Shown one piece after another: positions 31,476 to 40,081 of a stretch of DNA of 64,000 nucleotides. The notes below the pieces were generated by a model that was not told the DNA's origin, made no database searches, and saw only the letters and a program-made list of their open reading frames with translations. Each line of letters begins with the position of its first letter. Position 1 is the stretch's first letter. The stretch spans positions 936,458 to 1,000,457 of the forward strand of contig CAXXLV010000001.1 of assembly GCA_963664305.2 (NCBI GenBank), written 5' to 3'. A program made the position numbers and the translations under genes. This DNA is from an uncultured Aliarcobacter sp. (GTDB taxonomy: Bacteria; Campylobacterota; Campylobacteria; Campylobacterales; Arcobacteraceae).

Positions 31476-32251
31476 GTGATATTTTAAAAATTGGTAAATA
31501 TGAATTTAATAGTAGATTAATCGTTGGAAGTGGTAAATATAAAGATTTTCAAACAACTAAAGATGCAACATTAGCTTCAGGTTCTGAGTTAATAACAGTT
31601 GCTATTAGAAGAGTAAATATTACAAATCCAAATGAAGAAAATTTACTAGATTATTTTAAAGATACAAATGTAAAATTATTACCAAATAGTGCAGGGTGTT
31701 TTACTGCTGAAGAAGCAATTACAACTTTTAGACTGATGAGAGAAGCAACAGGAATAGATATTATTAAACTTGAAGTTATTGGTGATGCACAAAAAACTTT
31801 GTATCCAGATGTAATTGAAACAATCAAAGCTTGTGAAATCTTAAAAAAAGATGGTTTTACAATTATGGCTTATACAAGTGATGATCCAATAATTGCAAAA
31901 AGATTAGAAGATGCAGGAGCTGATGCTATTATGCCATTAGCTGCACCTATTGGTTCAGGACTTGGAATTCAAAATAAATATAATATTGCATTTATTAGAG
32001 AAGCTGTAAAAGTTCCAGTAATTGTAGATGCAGGTGTTGGATGTGCTAGTGATGCAACAATTGCTATGGAATTAGGAGCTGAAGCAGTTTTAACAAATAC
32101 TGCGATTGCTTGTGCTCAAAATCCAATTCAAATGGCAGAAGCAATGAAATATGCAGTTATTGCAGGAAGACTTGGTTATAAAGCGGGAAGAATCCCTAAA
32201 AAGCCTTATGCAACAGCTAGTTCACCAGTTGATGGATTGATTCAATTTTAA
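31472..32251 (+). CDS. thiG: Thiazole synthase
   Basis: [34 protein letters not shown]. Confidence 0.96.
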   Translation: MSDILKIGKYEFNSRLIVGSGKYKDFQTTKDATLASGSELITVAIRRVNITNPNEENLLDYFKDTNVKLLPNSAGCFTAEEAITTFRLMREATGIDIIKLEVIGDAQKTLYPDVIETIKACEILKKDGFTIMAYTSDDPIIAKRLEDAGADAIMPLAAPIGSGLGIQNKYNIAFIREAVKVPVIVDAGVGCASDATIAMELGAEAVLTNTAIACAQNPIQMAEAMKYAVIAGRLGYKAGRIPKKPYATASSPVDGLIQF

Positions 32252-32299
32252 TGAATTTAGAGAAATTTTGAAATTTTTCAAAATTTCTTCTAAAAACCC

Positions 32300-32328
32300 T
32301 TGACAAAGTTAAATATATTTAATATAAT
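32300..32328 (+). promoter_or_regulatory. Consensus sigma70 promoter of the tRNA operon
   Basis: TTGACA (32300) - 17 nt - TATAAT (32323). Confidence 0.85.
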
Positions 32329-32364
32329 TCCGTCCACTTTTTGTGAAACTTCAAACTTTTTTGT

Positions 32365-32442
32365 CGGGGCGTAGCGCAGTCTGGTTAGCGCACCTGGTTT
32401 GGGACCAGGGGGCCGGAGGTTCGAATCCTCTCGCCCCGACCA
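32365..32442 (+). tRNA. tRNA-Pro(TGG)
   Basis: Cloverleaf, anticodon arm CCTGG-TTTGGGA-CCAGG, TTCGAAT, CCA end. Confidence 0.95.
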
Positions 32443-32462
32443 TTTAATTATTTAAATCTTGT

Positions 32463-32540
32463 GGTAGGTATAGCTCAGTCGGTTAGAGCATCGGGTTGTG
32501 GTTCCGAGGGTCGTGGGTTCGAGCCCCATTACCTACCCCA
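32463..32540 (+). tRNA. tRNA-His(GTG)
   Basis: G-1:C73 extra pair, loop TTGTGGT, CCA end. Confidence 0.95.
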
Positions 32541-32554
32541 TTTTATTTTTTATT

Positions 32555-32631
<77 letters not shown>

Positions 32632-32679
32632 CTTTTTGGTTTAGGTTTACCATCTAAATCTTTTTTTATAAAAATTTTT

Positions 32680-32764
32680 GCGGATGTGGTGAAATTGGTA
32701 GACACGCCAGACTTAGGATCTGGTGCCTCACGGTGTAAGAGTTCGAGTCTCTTCATCCGCACCA
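32680..32764 (+). tRNA. tRNA-Leu(TAG)
   Basis: CCAGA-CTTAGGA-TCTGG, long variable arm, CCA end. Confidence 0.95.
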
Positions 32765-32773
32765 CTATATGAA

Positions 32774-32850
32774 GCGGGAGTAGCTCAGTTGGCTAGAGCT
32801 TCTGCCTTCCAAGCAGACTGTCGCGAGTTCGAGTCTCGTCTCCCGCTCCA
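32774..32850 (+). tRNA. tRNA-Gly(TCC), copy 1
   Basis: TCTGC-CTTCCAA-GCAGA, CCA end. Confidence 0.95.
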
Positions 32851-32855
32851 TTTTT

Positions 32856-32902
32856 AAAGCCTTATATAAAAAGTTTTTTACTTATTATATAAGGCTTTTT
32901 TT
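32856..32902 (+). terminator. Terminator-like hairpin inside the tRNA cluster
   Basis: AAAGCCTTATATAA...TTATATAAGGCTTT followed by a T run. Confidence 0.6.
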
Positions 32903-32918
32903 AACCTTATTTTTTATT

Positions 32919-32995
<77 letters not shown>

Positions 32996-33001
32996 CTTTG
33001 A

Positions 33002-33078
33002 GCGGGAGTAGCTCAGTTGGCTAGAGCTTCTGCCTTCCAAGCAGACTGTCGCGAGTTCGAGTCTCGTCTCCCGCTCCA
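33002..33078 (+). tRNA. tRNA-Gly(TCC), copy 2
   Basis: Identical to 32774-32850. Confidence 0.95.
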
Positions 33079-33082
33079 TTTT

Positions 33083-33131
33083 AAAGGCTTTGTATAGAAA
33101 GTTTTGTACTTTTTATGCAAAGCCTTTTTTT
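33083..33131 (+). terminator. Terminator after the tRNA cluster
   Basis: AAAGGCTTTGTATAGAAAGT-TTTGT-ACTTTTTATGCAAAGCCTTT followed by a T run. Confidence 0.75.
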
Positions 33132-33210
33132 ATTTATATATTCTCAATAATGCTTTTACTTTTTTTAAAACTAAACATATATTTATATAATTGATATTTA
33201 TTTTGGGCAT

Positions 33211-33244
33211 AAAAAAAGCCCTTGTAGATGTACTACAAGGGCTT
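33211..33244 (-). terminator. Terminator after oadB
   Basis: AAGCCCTTGTAG-5 nt-CTACAAGGGCTT with a T run on the minus strand. Confidence 0.8.
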
Positions 33245-33265
33245 AATATAAAGATATTGAATAGA

Positions 33266-34591
33266 TTATTTAAATATCGATAAAAGGACACCAGCAGCAA
33301 CTGCTGAACCAATAACACCAGCCACATTAGGACCCATCGCATGCATTAATAAAATGTTCGATTTGTCATAAAGTTGACCTTCTTTACTAACAACCCTTGC
33401 TGCCATTGGCACAGCAGATACTCCAGCTGCTCCAATTAAAGGATTTATTTGACTCTCTTTTGAACTTACTAAATTCATGATTTTTGCCATTATTACACCC
33501 ATTGCAGTTCCTGCAGCAAATGCTAAAAGACCAATTGCCATAATACCTAATGTCTCAGCTACTAAGAATTGCTCTGATGCTAGTTTTGAACCAACACCTA
33601 ATCCTAAAAATATTGTTACAATATTAATTAATGCGTTTTGCATTGTATCAGAAAGTCTATCAACAACTCCTGATTCCCTTGCAAAATTTCCAAAACATAA
33701 TGCTCCAATTAATGGTGCAGCATCTGGTAAAATTAATAAAGTTAAAGATAATACCACTAATGGAAATACAATTTTTTCTAACTTAGAAACCTTTCTAAGT
33801 GTAGACATTTTTATTTTTCTCTCTTTTTCAGTAGTTAATACTCTCATAATTGGTGGTTGAATTAGTGGTACTAATGCCATATATGAATAAGCAGCAACAG
33901 CAATAGCTCCAAGTAATTCAGGTGCAAGTTTTGAAGCAACGAAAATTGATGTTGGTCCATCAGCTCCACCAATAATAGAAATTGCAGCAGCTTGTTCTAA
34001 TGTAAAGTTAATTCCTGGAACAAATTGTGCTAATAACACTGCACCAACTAATGATCCAAAGATTCCAAATTGTGCAGCTCCACCTAATAATGCAGTTTTT
34101 GGATTAGCTAATAATGGACCAAAGTCTGTCATAGCTCCAACACCCATAAAGATTAATAATGGGAAGAATTGATTTGTAATACCCATACTATAAATAATTC
34201 CTAACATTCCATCATGTCCTGCCATATTTGCTATAGGAATATTTGCTAATAATCCACCAAATCCAATAGGAATTAATAATAATGGTTCAAACCCTTTTTT
34301 AATTGCTAAATAGAATAATAAGAAACAGATGAAAATCATGATGATTCTTCCATACCCTTGAGCAAAGAATGTCATCTCTTTTCCATGTGAATCTAATACA
34401 CCAGCTTGCGGTTCAAACAAGGCTTTAATACCAGTTGTTGCATAAAACGAATCAACTAGTTCACCCATTGTTTTTGAATGATAAGGCTGTTTTTCTTCTG
34501 TTGGTGTTTCAACACTTGGTGTTGAAGCAAAACTATTTAGTGCAAATGCACTAAATAGAAGAAAAATTGCTATTAATATATTTTTTTTCAT
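33266..34591 (-). CDS. oadB: Na+-translocating decarboxylase beta subunit
   Basis: [51 protein letters not shown]. Confidence 0.93.
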   Translation of the reverse strand: MKKNILIAIFLLFSAFALNSFASTPSVETPTEEKQPYHSKTMGELVDSFYATTGIKALFEPQAGVLDSHGKEMTFFAQGYGRIIMIFICFLLFYLAIKKGFEPLLLIPIGFGGLLANIPIANMAGHDGMLGIIYSMGITNQFFPLLIFMGVGAMTDFGPLLANPKTALLGGAAQFGIFGSLVGAVLLAQFVPGINFTLEQAAAISIIGGADGPTSIFVASKLAPELLGAIAVAAYSYMALVPLIQPPIMRVLTTEKERKIKMSTLRKVSKLEKIVFPLVVLSLTLLILPDAAPLIGALCFGNFARESGVVDRLSDTMQNALINIVTIFLGLGVGSKLASEQFLVAETLGIMAIGLLAFAAGTAMGVIMAKIMNLVSSKESQINPLIGAAGVSAVPMAARVVSKEGQLYDKSNILLMHAMGPNVAGVIGSAVAAGVLLSIFK

Positions 34592-34608
34592 TAATTACCC
34601 TCAAATTA

Positions 34609-36423
34609 TTAACCAATAATGGCTAATGTTTGTCCTTCATCAACAGCTTGTGTATTTTCAACTAAAATCTTAGTAATAACTCCAGAAACTGGTGCAGTTA
34701 TATCTATTTCCATTTTCATTGCTTCAAGAATCATGATTTGTTGATCTTTTTCAACTCTATCACCTTCTTTTACTAAAATTTTCCAAACAGCTCCATTTAC
34801 AGCAGCTGGTACTTCAGTTCCACCATTTGAAGCAGGTGTTGAAGCAGCAGGTGCTGAACTTACTGTATTTGAAACAGGAGTTACTTGAATATCTGCATTT
34901 CCTTCAGCAATTGTTACATTAAATCTTTGTCCATCAACTACAACTGTATAGTTTCCACTAGCATTTGCCATTTTATTCTCTCCTAATTTACAATCTTTAT
35001 TATCTTCACAAACAGTATCATTTTTTCTTACATTTAAAGGTGATTCACCTTTTAAGAATGCAATTCCTTTTTCATCACAAGCAGCAGCAATAAAGATATT
35101 TTCTTCAGTTGCTTCAATTCCTTCAATTTCTAATCTTTGTTTCCAAACAGAGATTTTTTTCTTTTCATCTCTATCTGCGATATCTAAAGGATTTTCACAT
35201 GTAGGTTCAAGTTTTAGTTTTTCAGCTGCAAGTCTTACTACTTCAGCATCTGGTTCAACTGGAGTTTTACCAAAGTAACCTAAAACCATTTTTCCATAAC
35301 CAGGAGCAATTTGTTTCCATGGACCAAACATAACATTTGCGTATGCTTGTTGCCAATAGAATTGTGAAACTGGAGTTACAGATGTACCATATCCACCTTT
35401 TTCAACAACTTCTCTCATAGCTTTAATAACTTCTGGGAATTTATCTAAAGTTCCATTATCTCTCATCATTTGAGTATTTGCAGTTAATGCACCACCTGGC
35501 ATTGGAGAGAATGGAATTAAAGGAGAAACTTGTGTAGCTTCTGGTGGGATAAAGTAATCTTTTAAGCAGTTAGCTAATACATCTTGGTATTTTAGAATTT
35601 TATCAATTTCTAAACCACCTAAATCGTAGTTTTTACCTTTTACTGCATGAAGCATAGTTAAAATATCTGGTTGAGAAGTTCCACCACTAACAGGAGAGGC
35701 AGCTAAATCTATACCATCAGCTCCAGCTTCTAAAGCTGCTAAATAACAAGATACAGAAACACCAGCTGTTTCATGAGTATGAAGTCTAATATGAGTATCA
35801 TTACCCACTAATCTTCTTGCCATTTGGATTGTTTCATAAATTTTTTGAGGAGATGAAGTACCTGATGCATCTTTAAAGCATAAAGAATCAAATGGTAACC
35901 CACTATCAAGAATATTTCTTAAAGTTTTTTCATAGAAAGGTACATCATGAGCACCAGTACAACCTGGAGGTAAATCCATAAGTGTAACAACTACTTCATG
36001 GTTAAGACCATATTTTTTAATACATTCAGCACTATATTCAAGATTTTGAACATCATTTAATGCATCAAAGTTTCTAATTGTTGTTGTTCCATGTTTTGCA
36101 AACATTTTTGCATGTAAGTCGATTAATTCTCTAGAACCAGTATCAAGCATTACAGTGTTGATACCTCTAGCTAAAGTTTGTAAGTTTGCATCTGGTCCAA
36201 CGATTTCTCTAAATTTGTCCATCATTTCAAATGCGTTTTCTTGTAGATAGAAGAATAAAGATTGGAATCTTGCTCCTCCACCAAACTCAAAGTGAGTTAT
36301 ACCTGCTTCTTTTGCAGCTTCTACGGCTGGAAAGAAATCTTTCATTAGGACTCTTCCCCCAAAGACAGATTGGAATCCATCTCTAAAAGTTGTATCCATG
36401 ATATCTATATATTTTTTAGACAT
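34609..36423 (-). CDS. oadA: Oxaloacetate decarboxylase alpha / pyruvate carboxylase B-type subunit (carboxyltransferase plus biotin carrier)
   Basis: RDG.QS, H.H, PGG, VTP.SQ, C-terminal EAMKM; between oadG and oadB. Confidence 0.85.
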   Translation of the reverse strand: MSKKYIDIMDTTFRDGFQSVFGGRVLMKDFFPAVEAAKEAGITHFEFGGGARFQSLFFYLQENAFEMMDKFREIVGPDANLQTLARGINTVMLDTGSRELIDLHAKMFAKHGTTTIRNFDALNDVQNLEYSAECIKKYGLNHEVVVTLMDLPPGCTGAHDVPFYEKTLRNILDSGLPFDSLCFKDASGTSSPQKIYETIQMARRLVGNDTHIRLHTHETAGVSVSCYLAALEAGADGIDLAASPVSGGTSQPDILTMLHAVKGKNYDLGGLEIDKILKYQDVLANCLKDYFIPPEATQVSPLIPFSPMPGGALTANTQMMRDNGTLDKFPEVIKAMREVVEKGGYGTSVTPVSQFYWQQAYANVMFGPWKQIAPGYGKMVLGYFGKTPVEPDAEVVRLAAEKLKLEPTCENPLDIADRDEKKKISVWKQRLEIEGIEATEENIFIAAACDEKGIAFLKGESPLNVRKNDTVCEDNKDCKLGENKMANASGNYTVVVDGQRFNVTIAEGNADIQVTPVSNTVSSAPAASTPASNGGTEVPAAVNGAVWKILVKEGDRVEKDQQIMILEAMKMEIDITAPVSGVITKILVENTQAVDEGQTLAIIG

Positions 36424-36428
36424 ATATT

Positions 36429-36680
36429 TTAACCCTTCAGATTTTTATGATGTTGTATTGCTGCTACTATTGCAGCCATTTTTGCAGCTTCAGTTTTTCC
36501 GTTATTTGTTACTATTGGAGTATTATTTACTGGTTTCTTTTCTTCTTGTGGAAAAAACTTTGTTAATATTATCCCTTGTGCTTTTAGTACAAATATCATT
36601 ATTGTTAGGAATGCAAATACTACTCCCATCCCTAAAAACATAAACTTTACTGATTCTGCGATTAAGTTTACTTCTTCCAT
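36429..36680 (-). CDS. oadG: OadG-family gamma subunit
   Basis: GMG.VF.FL helix, AAIVAAI.HH. Confidence 0.88.
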   Translation of the reverse strand: MEEVNLIAESVKFMFLGMGVVFAFLTIMIFVLKAQGIILTKFFPQEEKKPVNNTPIVTNNGKTEAAKMAAIVAAIQHHKNLKG

Positions 36681-36828
36681 GTGGAAATCCTTTTATTTTG
36701 AATAATCAAATAAATGATTTAAACGGGTGTAATTTTAGGGAAATTTAGTAAAATCTTCTTCTTTTTTAGTGTGAAAAAAATTGTTTTATAGTGCTTATTT
36801 TATAGTTATATTGTGTTATAATGCAATC

Positions 36829-37704
36829 ATGAAAAAAGAAACGTTACAAAAAAGAACAAAAATAGCAAATGACATAATGTATTATATTTATACTCATATT
36901 GAGACAAATATTGATATAGAAGAGTTAAGTATTGATTTGGGTGTAAGTAAATTTCATATGCATAGGATTTTTAAAGAAGCATTTGGAAAAAATATCTATG
37001 AAAGCATCAAATCAATTAGACTTCAAAAAGCATCAAATCTACTTTTAACAAATAAATACTCGACAATTTCTAATATTGTAAATCAATGTGGATACTCTTC
37101 TCAATCATCTTTTATAAAAATATTTAAAGATAGATTTGAAATGAGTCCAAAAGAGTGGAAAAATGGTGGATATAAAGAATACTCTCATAAAATCTTACAA
37201 CAATCTCAAAGAGCAATGCAATCAAAGGCAAATTTTAATGATATGGTTCCAACAATTGTAAAAATGCCAGCAATTGAGAGTTATTATATTAGAAATAAGG
37301 GTTATAACGTAAATATAAAAGAGACATGGCAAAAATTACAAACTTGGGTTTTAACAAATAATATTCAATCATATAGAAGAATTGCACTTTTTCACGATAA
37401 TCCAACAATTACACCTTTAAATGAGTGTCAATATATTGGATGTATAGAAGTTGATGATAAAGAGAGTGTAAAAAGTGATAGATTGCCAAACTTTAAAATT
37501 GCAGAAGGTGTTTATGCAAAATTTCATTTAAAAGGAAAAACAGGAGATGTTCTTCCTTTTATTCACTGGGTTTACCATGAATGGTTGCCAAAAAGTGAAT
37601 ATGAAACAACAACAAAACCATCATATGCAATATACGATAAACTGGACTTTTTTGATGAGAATAATGAGTTTGAATTAAGCTTTTATGTATCAATTAACTT
37701 TTAG
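36829..37704 (+). CDS. AraC-family regulator with GyrI-like effector domain
   Basis: SKFHMHRIFK, GYSSQSSF, SP..W, HDNP.ITP, WLPKS. Start moved to ATG 36829, downstream of a TATAAT. Confidence 0.85.
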   Translation: MKKETLQKRTKIANDIMYYIYTHIETNIDIEELSIDLGVSKFHMHRIFKEAFGKNIYESIKSIRLQKASNLLLTNKYSTISNIVNQCGYSSQSSFIKIFKDRFEMSPKEWKNGGYKEYSHKILQQSQRAMQSKANFNDMVPTIVKMPAIESYYIRNKGYNVNIKETWQKLQTWVLTNNIQSYRRIALFHDNPTITPLNECQYIGCIEVDDKESVKSDRLPNFKIAEGVYAKFHLKGKTGDVLPFIHWVYHEWLPKSEYETTTKPSYAIYDKLDFFDENNEFELSFYVSINF

Positions 37705-37756
37705 TAAATAATATTTAATTATAATTGCACAAATTTTTTCTAGAAAAAGGTCGAAA

Positions 37757-38737
37757 ATGGTTTTATATTTACTAGCAATTATTGCTGGATTTGGTATTTT
37801 AGTTTGGAGTGCAGATAAATTTGTAGAAGGCGCTGCTAGTACAGCTAAGCACCTTGGAATGCCAAGTTTATTAATTGGTATATTAATTGTTGGATTTGGA
37901 ACAAGTGCTCCTGAGATGGTAGTTTCTGCAATTGCTGCTATGGAAGGAAATCCTGGTCTTGCTCTTGGAAATGCAATTGGTTCAAATATAGTAAATATTG
38001 CTCTTATTTTAGGGGTTACAGCTTTAGTTTCACCAATTGTTGTAAATTCAAATATTGTAAAAAAAGAGATGCCTTTATTACTTGGAATAGTATTGATTTC
38101 AGGATATTTATTAATAGATAATAGTTTGACATTAGTTGAAGGTATAGTTTTATTAGCTGGTTTCTTTAGTTTAATTGCTTGGTCAATAGTTTCAGCATTA
38201 AAATCAAAAAATGATGCCTTAGCAACAGAATTTGAAGAAGAATTAGTTGAACATGAAATGAGTTTAAAAGCTGGTATTTTTTGGCTTGTATTAGGAATTG
38301 TATTATTAATTGCAAGTTCAAGACTATTAGTTTGGGGAGCTGTTGGTGTTGCTCATGAATTTGGTGTTAGTGATTTAATTATTGGATTAACAATAGTTGC
38401 ACTTGGAACTTCATTACCAGAACTTGCTGCATCTGTTGTAGCTGCACGTAAAGGTGAACATGATATTGCAATTGGAAATGTTGTTGGTTCAAATATGTTT
38501 AATCTTTTAGCTGTAATTGGTATTGCAACAGTAATTGCACCAATGGATAATATTCCACTTGAAGTATTACAAAGAGATTGGATTATAATGTTATTATTAA
38601 CAATAGCTCTTTTAGTAATGGCTTATGGATTTAAAAATAAAGAAGGAACAATTACAAGATTAGAAGGAACAATTTTAATTATTTGTTATGTTGCATACAA
38701 CACTTATCTAGGTTTAAATTTAACTGGAAGTATATAA
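37757..38737 (+). CDS. Calcium/sodium antiporter (YrbG-like, CaCA family)
   Basis: Two alpha repeats, GTSAPE and GTSLPE, each with GN..GSN. Confidence 0.9.
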   Translation: MVLYLLAIIAGFGILVWSADKFVEGAASTAKHLGMPSLLIGILIVGFGTSAPEMVVSAIAAMEGNPGLALGNAIGSNIVNIALILGVTALVSPIVVNSNIVKKEMPLLLGIVLISGYLLIDNSLTLVEGIVLLAGFFSLIAWSIVSALKSKNDALATEFEEELVEHEMSLKAGIFWLVLGIVLLIASSRLLVWGAVGVAHEFGVSDLIIGLTIVALGTSLPELAASVVAARKGEHDIAIGNVVGSNMFNLLAVIGIATVIAPMDNIPLEVLQRDWIIMLLLTIALLVMAYGFKNKEGTITRLEGTILIICYVAYNTYLGLNLTGSI

Positions 38738-38740
38738 AAC

Positions 38741-39457
38741 TTAACTATTATTTTGAGATAACCATCTTTCTAGAAACTCTTTTCTAGAATAGGTTATCGC
38801 ACCTAAATCAAACTTATATTGCATATATGGATGTCCTAAATTCCAAAAAGAAAAATTCTCATTTTTTAAATAAATTGCTAGTAAAACAAGTTGTAATTTT
38901 CCCCAATTATTGTATTTCTTTTCTTTTGAAGAAAATCCAGTCAAAGAAGTGTAAGTTGAATTGATTTTATATCCAATTTCACCAGCAATTAATTCTTTTG
39001 TATTTTTATCATAAAGCTCTACGCACATAATTTCAAAATTTATTGAAGGATGTATATAATCAACTAAAGAAAGAATCAAATCTTTATACTCTTTTTGTAG
39101 CCAATTCTTTTTATGGTATTTTTCTAAATTTTCTAATACTAAATCAAAATTTTTATTGATAGAAAATTCAAACTCTTTTTGGTTTAGAAGTTTTTTGATT
39201 TTTTTACTAATATGTAAATTCTCAAAATCTAAAATTGCATATTCAAATTGTATTTCAGGAAGTAAATAAAACTTATTTTCAAAAGAGATAGAAGTTGTAA
39301 TAAAACCGTAAAAAGCAAGTTTTATATAAAAATCCTTTGAAAAGTCATCACTTAAATAGTAATTTGACTTTTCATTTGGATAAATGTAATTAAATAAAAT
39401 ATTCTCATCATCAAGTTCTTCTTGACCTATTAAATAAATTATCTCTTTTTTACTCAT
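38741..39457 (-). CDS. Acyltransferase-fold protein, possibly leucyl/phenylalanyl-tRNA-protein transferase-like
   Basis: L.ISK..KK, ELY....LIAGEIG, S.TGF, LGA...R.EF resemble the Aat family; divergent. Confidence 0.5.
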   Translation of the reverse strand: MSKKEIIYLIGQEELDDENILFNYIYPNEKSNYYLSDDFSKDFYIKLAFYGFITTSISFENKFYLLPEIQFEYAILDFENLHISKKIKKLLNQKEFEFSINKNFDLVLENLEKYHKKNWLQKEYKDLILSLVDYIHPSINFEIMCVELYDKNTKELIAGEIGYKINSTYTSLTGFSSKEKKYNNWGKLQLVLLAIYLKNENFSFWNLGHPYMQYKFDLGAITYSRKEFLERWLSQNNS

Positions 39458-39460
39458 TTG

Positions 39461-39967
39461 TTATCTGTGAAATCCTCTATCATCTCTGTGCTCTCGATAA
39501 TACCTATCGTCTCTGTCATGTTTATATTTCTCTTTAGGTTTTGCATACTGTTTATCATAATATGGTCCATAAACTGGTTGACGATTATCTCTAAATTGGT
39601 GAGTTCTATTCCAGTCATTGTGTTTGTGATAAATATATTTTCTATAATGAGGGTGAGATGGTTTAAAATAACCTCTTCTATGTAATCTATCATAATATGT
39701 ATATCTGTTATCATATAAAAAGAATATATTATTATAAAAATATCCAGTTCTATCAAAATATCCAAAATAATAACCATAATTATCATAATATCCATGTCTG
39801 TGATAATCAAAACTTCTATATCTATTATCATATCTATGGTCATCTGATCTAAATCCAATATCAAGAGTTCCACCATTTGAAAGAGGTGTTTGGATTCTAA
39901 TACCTAAATCAGCTGAAAAAAGTGAGGGAGCTATGCTTAAAAGTGAAATCAAAATTAACTTTTTCAT
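39461..39967 (-). CDS. Secreted Tyr/His/Arg/Asp-rich hypothetical protein
   Basis: AAGGA RBS, signal peptide, low-complexity mature region. Confidence 0.75.
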   Translation of the reverse strand: MKKLILISLLSIAPSLFSADLGIRIQTPLSNGGTLDIGFRSDDHRYDNRYRSFDYHRHGYYDNYGYYFGYFDRTGYFYNNIFFLYDNRYTYYDRLHRRGYFKPSHPHYRKYIYHKHNDWNRTHQFRDNRQPVYGPYYDKQYAKPKEKYKHDRDDRYYREHRDDRGFHR

Positions 39968-40081
39968 AATTTATCCTTTGAGTTGTTTCGAAAATTATAA
40001 AGCACAAGTGTGAATAAATTGTGATTTATAATATTTTACGTTTCCTTTGATTATAATGATTTTTTAATATTAAGGCATTTT

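Noticed and set aside
39454..39876. 140-aa Ile/Met-rich minus-strand ORF
   Set aside because: Alternative frame of the Tyr/His/Asp-rich gene, which has the RBS and signal peptide.
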